In this document: positions 1 through 14,397 of the stretch, piece after piece
Position numbering within the stretch: the stretch's first letter is position 1
Layout of the letters: each line of letters begins with the position of its first letter
Origin: Vitrella brassicaformis CCMP3155
Taxonomy: Eukaryota > Protista > Chromerida
Reading direction: 5' to 3'
Assembly: GCA_001179505.1 (NCBI GenBank)
Contig: CDMY01000374.1
Span: forward strand, 31,439-95,438
DNA: 64,000 bases
Made by a program: the position numbers and the translations under genes
The notes under the pieces: generated by a model
The model's input: only the letters and a program-made list of their open reading frames with translations
What the model was told of the DNA's origin: nothing
The model's database searches: none

Positions 1-1040
1 GAAGCGAATGGATGGCATCTCCTGCATGTGTGCGCTGACTGTCTGCGAATGCTTCAGGAGGCGCATAGACAACGGTCCCACCTGATTATCACACACAACG
101 TACGGTCCTCAACCCGTATGCAGTGAAGTCAGTGACTCACCGAAGTGGCTGGAGCTGTGGTGTGTGCCCTGCAACTCTCTGGAGAGTCCGAAGTCGGATA
201 TTTTCACGTTTTGGTCATCATCCAGCTGGCGGACCCCCAGATGAGAAGAGACGTGCAAGGGAGACACATCGATCATGCGGTCTCATTCATCTGAACACTC
301 CCTAACCAGAACATTTTCCGGTTTGATGTCTCGATGGATGCCGCCCTTGCTGTGTATGTAGGCCAGCCCCTCACACAGCTGAGATGCATGAGGGCAGCTG
401 TCATGGCGATGTGTTTGTGTTACCGATGTGACCTAACCTGCCTGGCCAGCATGTATCTCTTGTTCTCGGGGAGGCCGCCCCTCCTTTGAAGTATGCTGAG
501 ACACTTCCGCAACGAGTCCACATAGAACTCTGCACAACAGACACCTGCACAAGACTGTCGCCAATGGTGCGGCCAGCCCTACCGAGGACAAGAAACGGGA
601 TTCTCTTGTCGTAGCAGACACCCAGGAGCTTGGCCACGTTGGGATGCTTCATACCTGCCACGAATTTGGCCTCGGCCTCGACCTCCTTTACGAGATTCTG
701 ATGACACAAAATCAGCGGCGTTGTTGCCATACAGAGGACCTGGTCGAGGCTGACTACACACGCACCTCCTTCCCCAAAGAATTGATGAGGTGTTTCTTCG
801 GAATCTTGAGGGCAACAGTCTGGTCCCTCCACTGCCCCTTGTACACCTCAGCAAACGCACCGTCCCCTGACACGGACCCCACAACACGAGGCAGTGGATG
901 CCACTGGATGGTTGGTTCGTACCGATGCAATCCACTTCATCGTCCCAGTAGAGCTCATGCAGTCGTATGGAGTCTATTTGGACAGAACCACGCCTCATCG
1001 GGGGAGGAGCGGGAAGGGGAGGGAACGCGCGAGCTTGCAT
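1..1040 (-). CDS. TKL-like Ser/Thr protein kinase; 5' part only, continues off the left edge of the window
   Basis: Spliced exons give [72 protein letters not shown] and [10 protein letters not shown]. Start is ATG 1040 or, more likely, ATG 998. Closest paralogue in the window is the kinase at 5550-7000 (shared DKRIPF, EFYVDSL, GGLPEN). Confidence 0.9.
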
Positions 1041-1084
1041 GCGGGAAGCCCCCGTCTCCCCCCACCCTTCTTTTGTAGTCCCCT

Positions 1085-4000
1085 ATGGAAGTCAGAGGGG
1101 GTCAGGCAGCGGGCGAGGCCATTTTGGCCTTTGTCCTGGACCTGAAAGGCAAAGTAGGGCGCGGGACGGACTCACTATCAGCACTCGCGAATAGCATATC
1201 GAAGTTCATGGAGGAGTACGATGACAGCAGTGAGGATAAACGACACTTCCGATGGATCATCGACAACGACGAGGCCACACAAGTACTCATCGACTGGGGG
1301 GGATCGGGGGCAGGCAGGGCTTGTCTACTTTCCTTTGCAGGACGGGCGCACGCTGCTGCACTGGGCAGCGAGGACAAGTCGGGGGGACGTCGTTGAGGCC
1401 TTGCTCTACTTTGGCCTCCAAAAGTTGATTGCCACACAGGACGATGTGAGACAAATGGCTGGTGGCATTGATGGCATGCACTCAAATTTGTCTGGCTTTC
1501 TCCTACAGGAACAGAAGACTCCCATCCATGCAGCAGCCGAGGCCGGCAATGCTCAGCTCGTGGCCCGGCTCGTCACGCTCACTGACCCCGCTGTCATCGC
1601 GCTCAAAGACAAGGTCAGCTTTACTTTGATTCGAGGGACGCAGATGTGTCTGTGTTTGCTCAGGATGGCAATACCGCCCTTCATCTGTGTGCCCTTGGAG
1701 GCCACACACACGTCACTCGGCTGCTGGTAGCCGCGGAGCGTATCAACACTCGGAACACCAAGGTACTAAGAAACCAACAAACATTATGGCAAGACACCTG
1801 TCTCACTCAGTTTGCTTCTTGTGGCTGTAGAGCCGTACGCCTCTTCACGAGGCCGCTGCCAATGGAAGTCCATCCGGCATGGAGGTGCTGCTGCAGGTGG
1901 CCGACATAGAAGCTCTGCTCATGAGGGACCACGTAAGGGCGCGACTAAACAGGGAACTACGCAACTCCGACTGTGATGCATAGTGTGTGTCTCCTGTCTG
2001 TCCATCAGGCCAGCCAGACAGCACTGTGTGTTGCCGCGGATTGCGGCAAAGGTGACTGCGTCCGCCTGCTCGTGACGGCTGCCCAGGCCAAGGGCTGCCC
2101 TCAGCTGCTGGACATGGGCGATAGGGACGACGATTTGCCCCTTTACCTCGCGCTATTCTCGGACAACTATGATGAAGAGATCGTCTTCCTTCTGGCTTCA
2201 AGAGAGCGCATTGTCAAACAGAGAAGGGTACCAACAACGATAAGTATCAAACAGGGCTTGGCAGCATCAGTGCTGATTGGCTGCAGCCTGATGGCCAGAC
2301 GCCGTTGCATCTGGCCGTCTCGAGAGGCGACGACGTGTTGCTGGTTGAGAAGCTGCTGAAGATGTTTGGCACGGACGCTTTGCAGATCAGAGACCACGTA
2401 AGGAAGCCGGATGCACGGAAGTCCAACACCAATAGTTCTTTGTGTCTCCATTGCAGAGTGGCCGCACGCCTTATGATGTGGCTCTCGAGGATTGCGATAC
2501 GGAAATGCAGCAAGTGCTGCGGGAATGGATGCCTACTGTCGGCGAATCCTCGCAACAGAAGCAGCAGCGGCTGTCTGAAGAAGCGGACGGCCGCCTCAAA
2601 GAGCACTACAACGTCTTCGGCTCGATCGAAGTCCCTCTCAGCACCACGAACTTTCCTCAGCAGATGGCACGTGCCCTCGGCCTGCCCGACAGATATGTGC
2701 AGCAGCTGCTTGCAGGTCAGGCTGCAAGGTCGCCCAACAAGGTGATTGCGGCCCAGCTGGCAGAGATTGAGGGCATCCTCGAGGAAGCGCGGGAGAAGCT
2801 GCTTCCAGGCTTCCCCGCCACGCACATCGGCTCAGGTTTCATCATCGTCCCCAGTTGGCTGCGAAAGCCCAAGAGCGAGCGGGAGATCCTCGATGAGGGG
2901 AGCAGAATTGGCGGACGAGTGTTCCCTTTGTGGCGAGACGGTGATTCAGATCTTCTCGTCTCGAACCATAGCAGTCAGCGGAAATTCGATGATCCTGATG
3001 AGCGGTTGCCGCTTAATGAGAGCATCGGGAACGTCTTCTCACCCTCGTTTGACAAGTGGAAGCGTCTGCCGGATCTTTTCCAGAACCCAGTGGTGGCCGC
3101 TCGCTCTCTTTCAAGTGACAGTGTCGTCCAGGGCCGCATAGGCGACTGTGCCTTCCTCAGCTCTCTTGTGGCACTCGCCAATTGTGAAGAGCAGAGCGGC
3201 CAGCGGCATCTGTCCAGCGGCATATACCCCAAAGTGTCCCTGTCGAGTACGGAGCCGGTCATCAGCCCCGAGGGCAAGTACGTGTGTCGGCTATACTTCA
3301 ATGGTGGTCCTCGCAAGGTATTGCTCGACGACACTATTCCTTCGCTGACCCCTACTGGCAGCGAGGCTCCTCGCAAGCTCACCGCGGTGTCTTCGATCCC
3401 TCGAGAGACCTGGGTCACATTGTTCGAGAAGGCATATGCAAAGGTAGAAAGGTGCGCGCTCCAACCATGCATTGGTGTTCTGTCTCCTGTTCATTGCTTC
3501 ATGCAGACGATGGGTGGATATGACGCGATAGACGGAAGTCATGCGCCAGACAACCTCTATCTGCTCAGCGGATGGATCGTCGAGTTGCTACATTTTCAGT
3601 TCTCAGTCGTCAAGGGGTTTGACGCAGACAAGCTGTGGAAGGAAATCTATTGGCCTCTCAGCGGCCGTCAAGCCGTTGCGTGCCTGTCCTCGCCGGCACG
3701 AGTAAGCCAATTGTCGACAGCATATACATACATTCTATGTGTCTCTGCCATTTCCCTCTCAGCCTATTGATCCCGTTGAGGCTAGGGACAAGCCAGAGCC
3801 CATATCACGCAGAACGGATGGGATGTCTTGCTGTGTCAGCAAGTCAGAGCCCATGGCTTCTGTTTCCTGTGGCATCAGGTTTGGCGTACGGGCATGCGTA
3901 TTCAGTGCTTGAGGCAGTGGAGGTTGATGGACGTCAGCTGCTGCTGGTTCGCAATCCTTGGCGAGAGCAGCGATGGAAAGGCAAGTATTCGCCAGACGAT

Positions 4001-5364
4001 CCCGGTTCGTGGACATCCAAAATGAGGCAACAGCTGAACTACGACCCTGATCAAGCGGTACCCGACGGAGAATGTATGTGGCTGACATGTCTTTGTCTCC
4101 TTCCTCTCCTGTCTCAGCGTCGGTCTGATGACGGGAGGTTCTGGATTAGCTGGGATGACGTTACGAAAGAGTTCCGTGGCATGTCCATTGCCTATAACTT
4201 CCACCCCTCGCGATTCCCTCATCGAGTCGACATTCATTCATGGTGAAGCGACACACAGGCACATACCTACAAATACAACCACGACACTTGTCTCTGTCTG
4301 CTCTTATCAGCTTCAACCCGAGTGGGCAGACGGCCTTTGTTTCGAGCGCGCGCATGATCTCGGGCTTCAGTCCTCAGTTTGCCCTCGTGTTCCACCCCAC
4401 GACGGCCGATTTCTATCAGTCGGAGCTGAATGTGTGGGTGCAGCTACACCGCCACGTCACCAGCGGCAAGAATGTCAAGAAGGCCAAGGAGAAGATCATC
4501 CGGATCTCCACCAACATCTATGCCGGCAGCGAGAGGATCCTAGGCGAGAATACGGCTCGCGACTGCTACTACGGGTCCTCTATCAACCTCATGATCAAGC
4601 TGGACAAGTTCAAGCTGCCTTGGAAGTAAGTGTGACTGAGACGCACCCCAAGGCATGATTGTGCTGTCTACGTCAATTCAGGAAAGACGGATGGCATCGG
4701 TGCGTCGTTCAGGCGCTTCAATCAGCCGTCTGACTTCAATCTCGACACAGATTCAGCAGCTTTCCATGACTGCATGACTGTCAGGAGGACTTAACTTCAC
4801 CCTATCAGTCTTCTCGACCGTCCGAGCCACCATTCACGAGCTGCCTCCCCTGATCCCCCGCGGATGGATATCGCAGCACTATGATGGTGAGTGGGCTGCA
4901 GAGTCAGCAAAAGGTCCAAGCCCGTCATCTTTTGATAAGAACCCCACCTTTGCCGTTACGACCCCTGAGAACGTCAAGGCTGTCATCCTGCTTGAGTCTC
5001 TCGAGGTGAGTGAAATGCATCAATCGACTGAGCTTTTGGTCCGTATTGTCTGTGTATCTGTGTAGTCGCATCGTGTGGGAATCACTGTGATTGACTCGCA
5101 AGGGAAACGGACGAGCAGTCCTGACCCTTACGAGACGAATGCAACACTGCTCACTGACGTCACACTGATGGTACGCGCTCGAGCAGGCGAAGACACAAGG
5201 ACATGTTTGATAGGCTTGTGTCTCTTTGGCTGCAGAAAGGCGACAATCAAGTCATTGTGTTCACGAGTGTGGCGGGCAGAACAGGCAAGTTTCGCTTGAG
5301 CATCCACACACCTGCTGTCAAGAGCGAGCGGAGACACCCACTCGTGAGGAGGGGCGCTAAGTGA
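1085..5364 (+). CDS. Ankyrin-repeat calpain-like cysteine protease (PalB/CAPN7-type CysPc plus C2-like domain III region)
   Basis: About 7-8 N-terminal ANK repeats (DGRTLLHWAA, QKTPIHAAA, GNTALHL, RTPLHEAA, GQTPLHLAV). Catalytic triad is Cys in QGRIGDCAFL (TGT 3147-3149), His in GHAYSVL (3893-3895) and Asn in RNPW (3953-3955). Also KAYAK and DDGRFWISW. Domain III-like tail: GEWAAESAKG..KNPTF and KGDNQVIVFTSVAGRTGKFRLSIH. The junction near 4690-4790 has no clean canonical solution by eye. Confidence 0.88.
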
Positions 5365-5549
5365 AGTGATAAGTCAGTCTGTGGTGTGGGGCCTCTGTCT
5401 GTCACTTTTGTGGACTGACTGCAAAGTGTGTCGTTCTGCAACACTCATAGTTATCCCGTATAGTTCACAGACATGGATAAATAGAGTGTGTATCTTGAAC
5501 TCGTGGGGCGGCCCCCTCTCCAAGCTCGCCGTCTCCCAAAATTTTAAAG

Positions 5550-8459
<2,910 letters not shown>

Positions 8460-8895
8460 GTTCTTCTGGTCAGACTCTGATGTGTGTGTGGAGTGTGTAA
8501 GGCCTTTCGTCTGTCCAGCTGGGTTTGCCTGACAGACAGCAGCTGCCACTTTTGTGTTGCGGTGCAGAGAGATCAAAGGGCAGCGCGGGAGATAAGTGTG
8601 CTATGACCTGATGTGTGCGGTGTGTCTTTCTGTCTGTGTGGTGTCTGTGTCGGTTCCAGTTGACGTGCAGGGGTCTGCTTCGGTGTTCGCTGGGTTAGGC
8701 TGTGTGTGTCTGATTGCCCGGGGGTAAAGTGCCTGTCTGTCTGTCTGTCTGGCTTGCCGGTTTGACTGTGTGAGTGTGGCAGCTGTCCGATGGCCCTTTC
8801 TGTGTCTGTCTGGATCGTGCTGCACTGCATCACATAAACCCCGCAGACAGACGACACCCACCTCTATCCCCAGTCAGCAGCTTTGGTTGACCAAG

Positions 8896-9024
8896 AAGGG
8901 CGACAGTCAAGTGATTGTGTTCACGAGTGTGGCGGGCAGGACAGGCAAGTTTCGCTTGAGCATCCACACACCTCCTGTCAAGAGCGACCGGAGACACCCA
9001 CTCGTGAGGAGGGGGGCTAAGTGA
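8896..9024 (+). pseudogene. Orphan copy of the calpain terminal exon
   Basis: KGDSQVIVFTSVAGRTGKFRLSIHTPPVKSDRRHPLVRRGAK-stop. About 7 differences in about 140 nt versus 5237-5364, by eye. Confidence 0.85.
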
Positions 9025-9408
9025 AGTGATAAGTCTGTGGTGGGTGCTAGGCTGTTGGACAGGTAGGTGAGGCTCTTAAAAATCTGACATTGTGTCGTCT
9101 GTGTGCTTGATGGATGGAAGCAGCACAGACGCATCGTGTCCATGAAACAACACCGCAGAGTTTGAAGTGTCAGCTGCGCCGGTCTCGCATACAACGTACA
9201 TCTTCGTCTACACAGACAAAGGTGTCTCCCCCGAGATGCAACGTTTGTTCTCTATGTGTCGCGTGCCTCTGATTGATCAGCGAGAGAACCGATGTCCACT
9301 CGTGTGCACAGGACTAGTGGAGAGAATTGTCGCGCGAAAAGCACTGCACTCTATCCTAGAAGGTCTCTTCTTCTCGTTCCTAACGGGTCCTTTCTTGTCG
9401 TTGACTAA

Positions 9409-10399
9409 CTAGGCCTTTGTCATTGTGGCCACATACTCCATCCCGTTGACGTTGGCCATCAGACTCGACAGGGGGCATCGACGCTCCACCTTCTCGAGCA
9501 ACTCCTGATGACACACCACACACACACACACACATACATACAGAGAGAGAGAGAGGGAGGGAGGGAGAGGTATACACATACATACGTATATGTGCATAAG
9601 TATATGCATATGTGTGTATACCATGTGTGTGTGTGTGTGTGTGTGCTGTGGTGTACACATTGGCTCACGTGGATGCGATCATCCGATTCATTTGTGGCAA
9701 TCTTCCCCTCGACCGTCACCTTCTGGAAGTGGCTCTGAACGTTTGGGTCTCCCTTGAGGCCCTTCACATCGAGCTCACCCTTGGCCGTCCAGTCGATCTG
9801 ACGGATGACCCACACATGCCGACACACATGCGTCACTCAGTGTAGGTGTGTTGATGTCTGACCTGCATGACGGCCACATCTTACTCACCTTGTCGAATTT
9901 CATCTTCATCTCGTTGGCCACTCCCACACTCAGCACGTGCAGACAACCACACAGGGCACCCAGGCTCGTCTCTGCAGCACACAGTTCTCACACACAAACA
10001 AACATCATCATATGTGACACCTTCAAACAGACACACTCATGTGCCTGCATCACACACATACGGATACGCACCAAGTGGGTTGGGCCCCTTGTCCTGGCCG
10101 CCCAGCTTCGCCGGCTCGTCAGTGAACTGCACCCATCCACATATGCCACACACACACACACACACAAAATCAACACAGATGCTCATCGACAACCAAAAAA
10201 TGTCCCAGCTCCTCCCCCTTTCCTCACCTGCGCGTGTTTGCCCGAGGTGTACTTACACGTCACCGACATGGCGCCTGAACAGACAACACACAGAGTGGAA
10301 GCAGCAGATCTGCATGAGCATCTTTCGTGTCAGCTGACCCTCGGCCTTGACGACAAAAGGCATCAACGCCAGGCGACGCATCGATAGACGCAAAGCCAT
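9409..10399 (-). CDS. OsmC/Ohr-family peroxiredoxin-like protein with a putative mitochondrial presequence
   Basis: Spliced product is MALRLSMRRLALMPFVVKAEGAMSVTCKYTSGKHAQFTDEPAKLGGQDKGPTHLETSLGALCGCLHVLSVGVANEMKMKFDK-IDWTAKGELDVKGLKGDPNVQSHFQKVTV...ELLEKVERRCPLSSLMANVNGMEYVATMTKA. It has the DEP..GG.D.GP motif and two catalytic-position Cys (GC, RCP). Confidence 0.88.
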
Positions 10400-10559
10400 C
10401 GCGACGACGATGAAAGGCCACCGAAATCCGGACGAAGACAGTGCGAGCTTCAAAGCAATCGCCAGACGAGAGATCCGGCCAGACAGCTCATTCAGCCTCT
10501 CGTCGGTCAGCCGGAGAGGCCCGTGTGACGTCGATGCCACAACACGCCATAGTTGATGA

Positions 10560-12281
10560 ATGACGAGCTCCACCAATCTGCTGTCTGAGCCGGTGACGCT
10601 CACTAATCTGGAGAGGGTGGCTGAGCTGCACTGCGGCTCACGCAGCAGCGTGTGGGTGGTCCGCAACAGAAAGAACGACAGCCAACTGTTCGCACTCAAG
10701 GTGGGAATTTCACACAGAAGGCCAGGGCTCTGGTCATTGGCAGTGTGTGTGTGTGTGTGTGCAGGAGATCTTTCTGGATGAGTTGACGACGGCCAAGCAG
10801 GCCGAGCATGTGTGGAATGAGCGAAGGGCACTGGAGGAAACCACTGCTGCCAATATCAAGGGCATCAACCACCTGTAAGTCACGCCGTGCGAATGCACTA
10901 ACACTCATCTGTGCGTGTGTCTGTGTGTCCCGTGTATATGCAGTGTATCCACATTCAAGGATCCCTCTGCATTATATTTCTTGCTCGAGTACGTCCCTGG
11001 TGCGGCCCTCTTTACGCACATTCGGTGCGAGAAGGGATTCGACGTAGACAAAACCAGATTCTACGCTGCAGAGGTGCGCACACACACTCAGCTGTATGGA
11101 TCTCCTCTGCGAAGGAACGTGTGTGTGTGTGTGTGTGTGTGGCAGCTGGTGTTGATACTTGAGCGGCTGCATGGGTTGGGGTGGGTGTATCGTGACCTCA
11201 AGGCGGCCAACGTGATCGTCACGCGCACAGGCCACCTCAAGCTGGTGGACCTGGGCATGGCCAAAAAGATCCACAACAAGTAAGACCTAAAGGCGCACAC
11301 CCACACGCACATGGGTGCCCCCATCTCTGTAGTGTGTGAATGTCAGTCGCACTCATTCGATTTGCGGCACTCTCCACGCGATGGCGCCCGAGATGTTCGG
11401 GCAAGAGGTGGATGCAGATCGGTTAGGCGACGATGATGGCGAGGCTGCCGCTGCTGCCGGTGGGGCTGGGTATGGCCTGGCTGTGGATTGGTGGGGTTTG
11501 GGCGTCATTGTCTATGAGATGATCGTCGGGTAAGGAGCCCATAGAGAGGATGTGTGTGCCGCGTCCACTCCTATCTGTGTATGCTGTGTGGCTGCAGGGA
11601 CGCCCCATTTGGCTACCGTGACTTCGAGCAACAGGGGTACCTGAGCATCCTGGCACATACACACTCAGGCACCAACACACTGTGTCTGTCCGTGTGTCTG
11701 GGTGTCTGCAGTGATGGTCCGTCAGGCCGCATAGAGGAGTTGGCAAGGCGGTCGCCGGAAAGCATTCGCTTCCCACCCCGATGCAAGATCGATGCACACA
11801 CAAGGGACTTCATCACCAACCTGATGCAGGTGAGGCGGGTGGCTCTGTGTTACGCATGTGCCCATGTGTCTTGCCGTCTGTCTACAGGCCGATGAGACCA
11901 AGCGGCTGGGGTACAATGGTGCGGCAGAGGTCAGAAAACACCCGTTCTTCCAGGTAATGGCAGAACACACGTGTATCTATCGTTTGCACAGATTCACGTG
12001 CGTTAGGGTTTCGTGTGGTCGTCCCTGACTGACCCGACTGCCGTGCCGCCATTCGACAAGAAACTCGGGCACAACGAAGAGGTGCGTCGATCAAACCACC
12101 AACCCGTTCACACTCTCGTGTTCCTGTCCGTGTACACGTGTCTATACGTATGTGTGTGTGTGTATGTGTGCAGGGTGTGGCCGCTGATGACGACAGCAGC
12201 TCCGACAGTGCCAGCAACAGGCGCAGCAGCCAGAAGACCACCGCGTCGCGGGAGGCGCAGGACATATTTGCCGACTTTTAG
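10560..12281 (+). CDS. PKA-like AGC-group protein kinase
   Basis: Contains [83 protein letters not shown], and an AGC tail PPF...DIFADF-TAG. Confidence 0.9.
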
Positions 12282-12388
12282 CTGCATGCACTGGTGGGAT
12301 GACGTAATGCGCATGATGCGCATGAAAAATCGGCAAATGAAATTTACAGCAGGACTGGTCTTTTGTTGGACCGACGAAAAACAACATC

Positions 12389-14143
12389 ATGAAGAAGGGT
12401 GTTGAAGTGGTGATGGGCGGCAAGTGGGGTGAGCTCCAGGCCGAGAACGCATCACTCGCCGCACAAGTAGCTGACATGACGCGGAAAGTAGCCCAACTGG
12501 AGCAGCAACTGATGGTCAAATCCGACGTGCTGCAGGTGCACCCGATTGCATACATGGATGGATGGATGGATCAAGCACCTCAAAGGAACGACCCCAAATG
12601 TATCGTGTAGAGGCTGGACGAGTCGGAGAGGATCACAAAGGAGAGCTACGAGGCGCTTCTGAGTGACCACAGGGACCTCACTTCCAACCATGCGCTGCTG
12701 GAGGGAGAGATGGAGGAAATGAAGATGGAGAAGGGCACTCTGCAGGTCAGGCAAGGAGTGACAATGACCCACAATCTCAATCTCCATCACGCACACACTG
12801 AATGGTCATGCCTGTCTATCATTATGCAGCGTCGCGTTTCTGAGTTGGAGGGGGAGTGCGTGGACAAACAGGGGAAGATAGAGGTGCGCACAACTAATCG
12901 ATGATCGCTGGGTGTAATTAGTAGTTGATTGTCTACCTGACTGCATGCAGGCGTATGAGAGTGAGATTGCCTCCCTGAGTGAGGCCGAAAGGCGACTGTC
13001 GAGCACACTGACGGAACATGTACCACGTGGCAAACTTGCAGACGGGGAGAGATGGTATCATGCCCCTCTCTCTCTGTGTGTGTGTGTGTGTGTGTGTGTG
13101 AGTGCAGGAATTGGCTTACCACAATCTCTACAACGACTACGCAAAACAGCTGGACTACACAGACGTGAGCACACGTAGAGCACACAGAAAGTGGTCGGGT
13201 CATGTTATGTGGTGTCTGTGTCTCCTTTTGCGCGTCAGCGTCTGAGAACCAATATCGAGTCTCAGAAGCGTCTGCGTGACCAGAAGGACCGACACATTGC
13301 CACCATACTGAAAGAGAAAGACAAACTATACAGACAAGTGTACGCAGGGTGAAGAAAGATGCACACGTAATTGTTGGTGCTCTTGTGGTCCTCATTCGTC
13401 AGCACGCAGACCCGCGTTCTCCTGTCCAACACGCGCAACTCTGCCCAGCGGGTGCAGAGGGCGGCGTACGACCATGCCGACGAGAACCACCCCAGGTGAG
13501 AAAAGGAGACAGATAACAGAACACCCGAGTGTGCCCCGTTTGCTGCCCTGTGCATGTCTCATGTCAGTGCGATGTCTGCCCGCCGCCCCCCTTCTCGGCA
13601 GCACGTCTCATCTGTCAGGGCGGCCTCTGACGTACCACTGGCGTGCATGCGCCGATCGCCCTCATGCCCTGTGGTCAAGGAGAAGAAGAAGACGGAGGGG
13701 CCGCCTGGTGAGAAGAAGGGACAGAAGGCACGTGAGGCAGTGAAGAAGGCGGAGGCGTCCAAACAGCAGGAGGGCAAAACCATCGAAGACGTAAGGGGCC
13801 AGATTATGCACGAATCGGGGAGGGTTTGTGTATATGTGTGTCTGTCCATGCGTGTGCGTGTGTGTGTGTGTGTGTTTTTTTTGGCAGGCGATATTGCGTC
13901 TCCAGCGTGAGTCGCAGGCGGCTGCCTTGGAGAATCGGCGGCTCAAGAGCTGCCTCGACAAGGAGAGGACCAGACAGACTGTCAACCAACAGGTGTGTAT
14001 GCCAACAGAGGCTGCTGATCGGCGTAGGTGTGTGTCTCCTTATGTCACTGACGCAGACGTTTGGCGCTTTGCAAGAGGAGAATCGCAGCCTCCGTGAGCA
14101 GCTGACCAGCAATCAGGGCAGCATCAATGCAGAGAGAAAGTGA
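12389..14143 (+). CDS. Coiled-coil protein of unknown function
   Basis: Multi-exon with heptad-rich segments: ELQAENASLAAQVADMTRKVAQLEQQL, LRTNIESQKRLRDQKD, LQRESQAAALENRRLK and LQEENRSLREQL. The middle exons (13400-13700) are not resolved. Confidence 0.7.
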
Positions 14144-14397
14144 GGGCTGCATGCTCACGTGTTGATGGACATCTCCAATCAAGTCTTGATGTCTCATGCA
14201 TGGCAAGAACACAACATCTCACCCCCCTCGCAGTCGCTTACGCATATATCCATGCCCCCTCACATGAAAACACGAGAAAGAAGCTGAGGGCTGCCATTTG
14301 TATTCGCCATGTCATTTGCGACGACACATGATCACCCACTCACAGTGCCTCCTGGCTTCTTATTCGAAGCACACCCGAGCAACTGACAGACTCTGAC

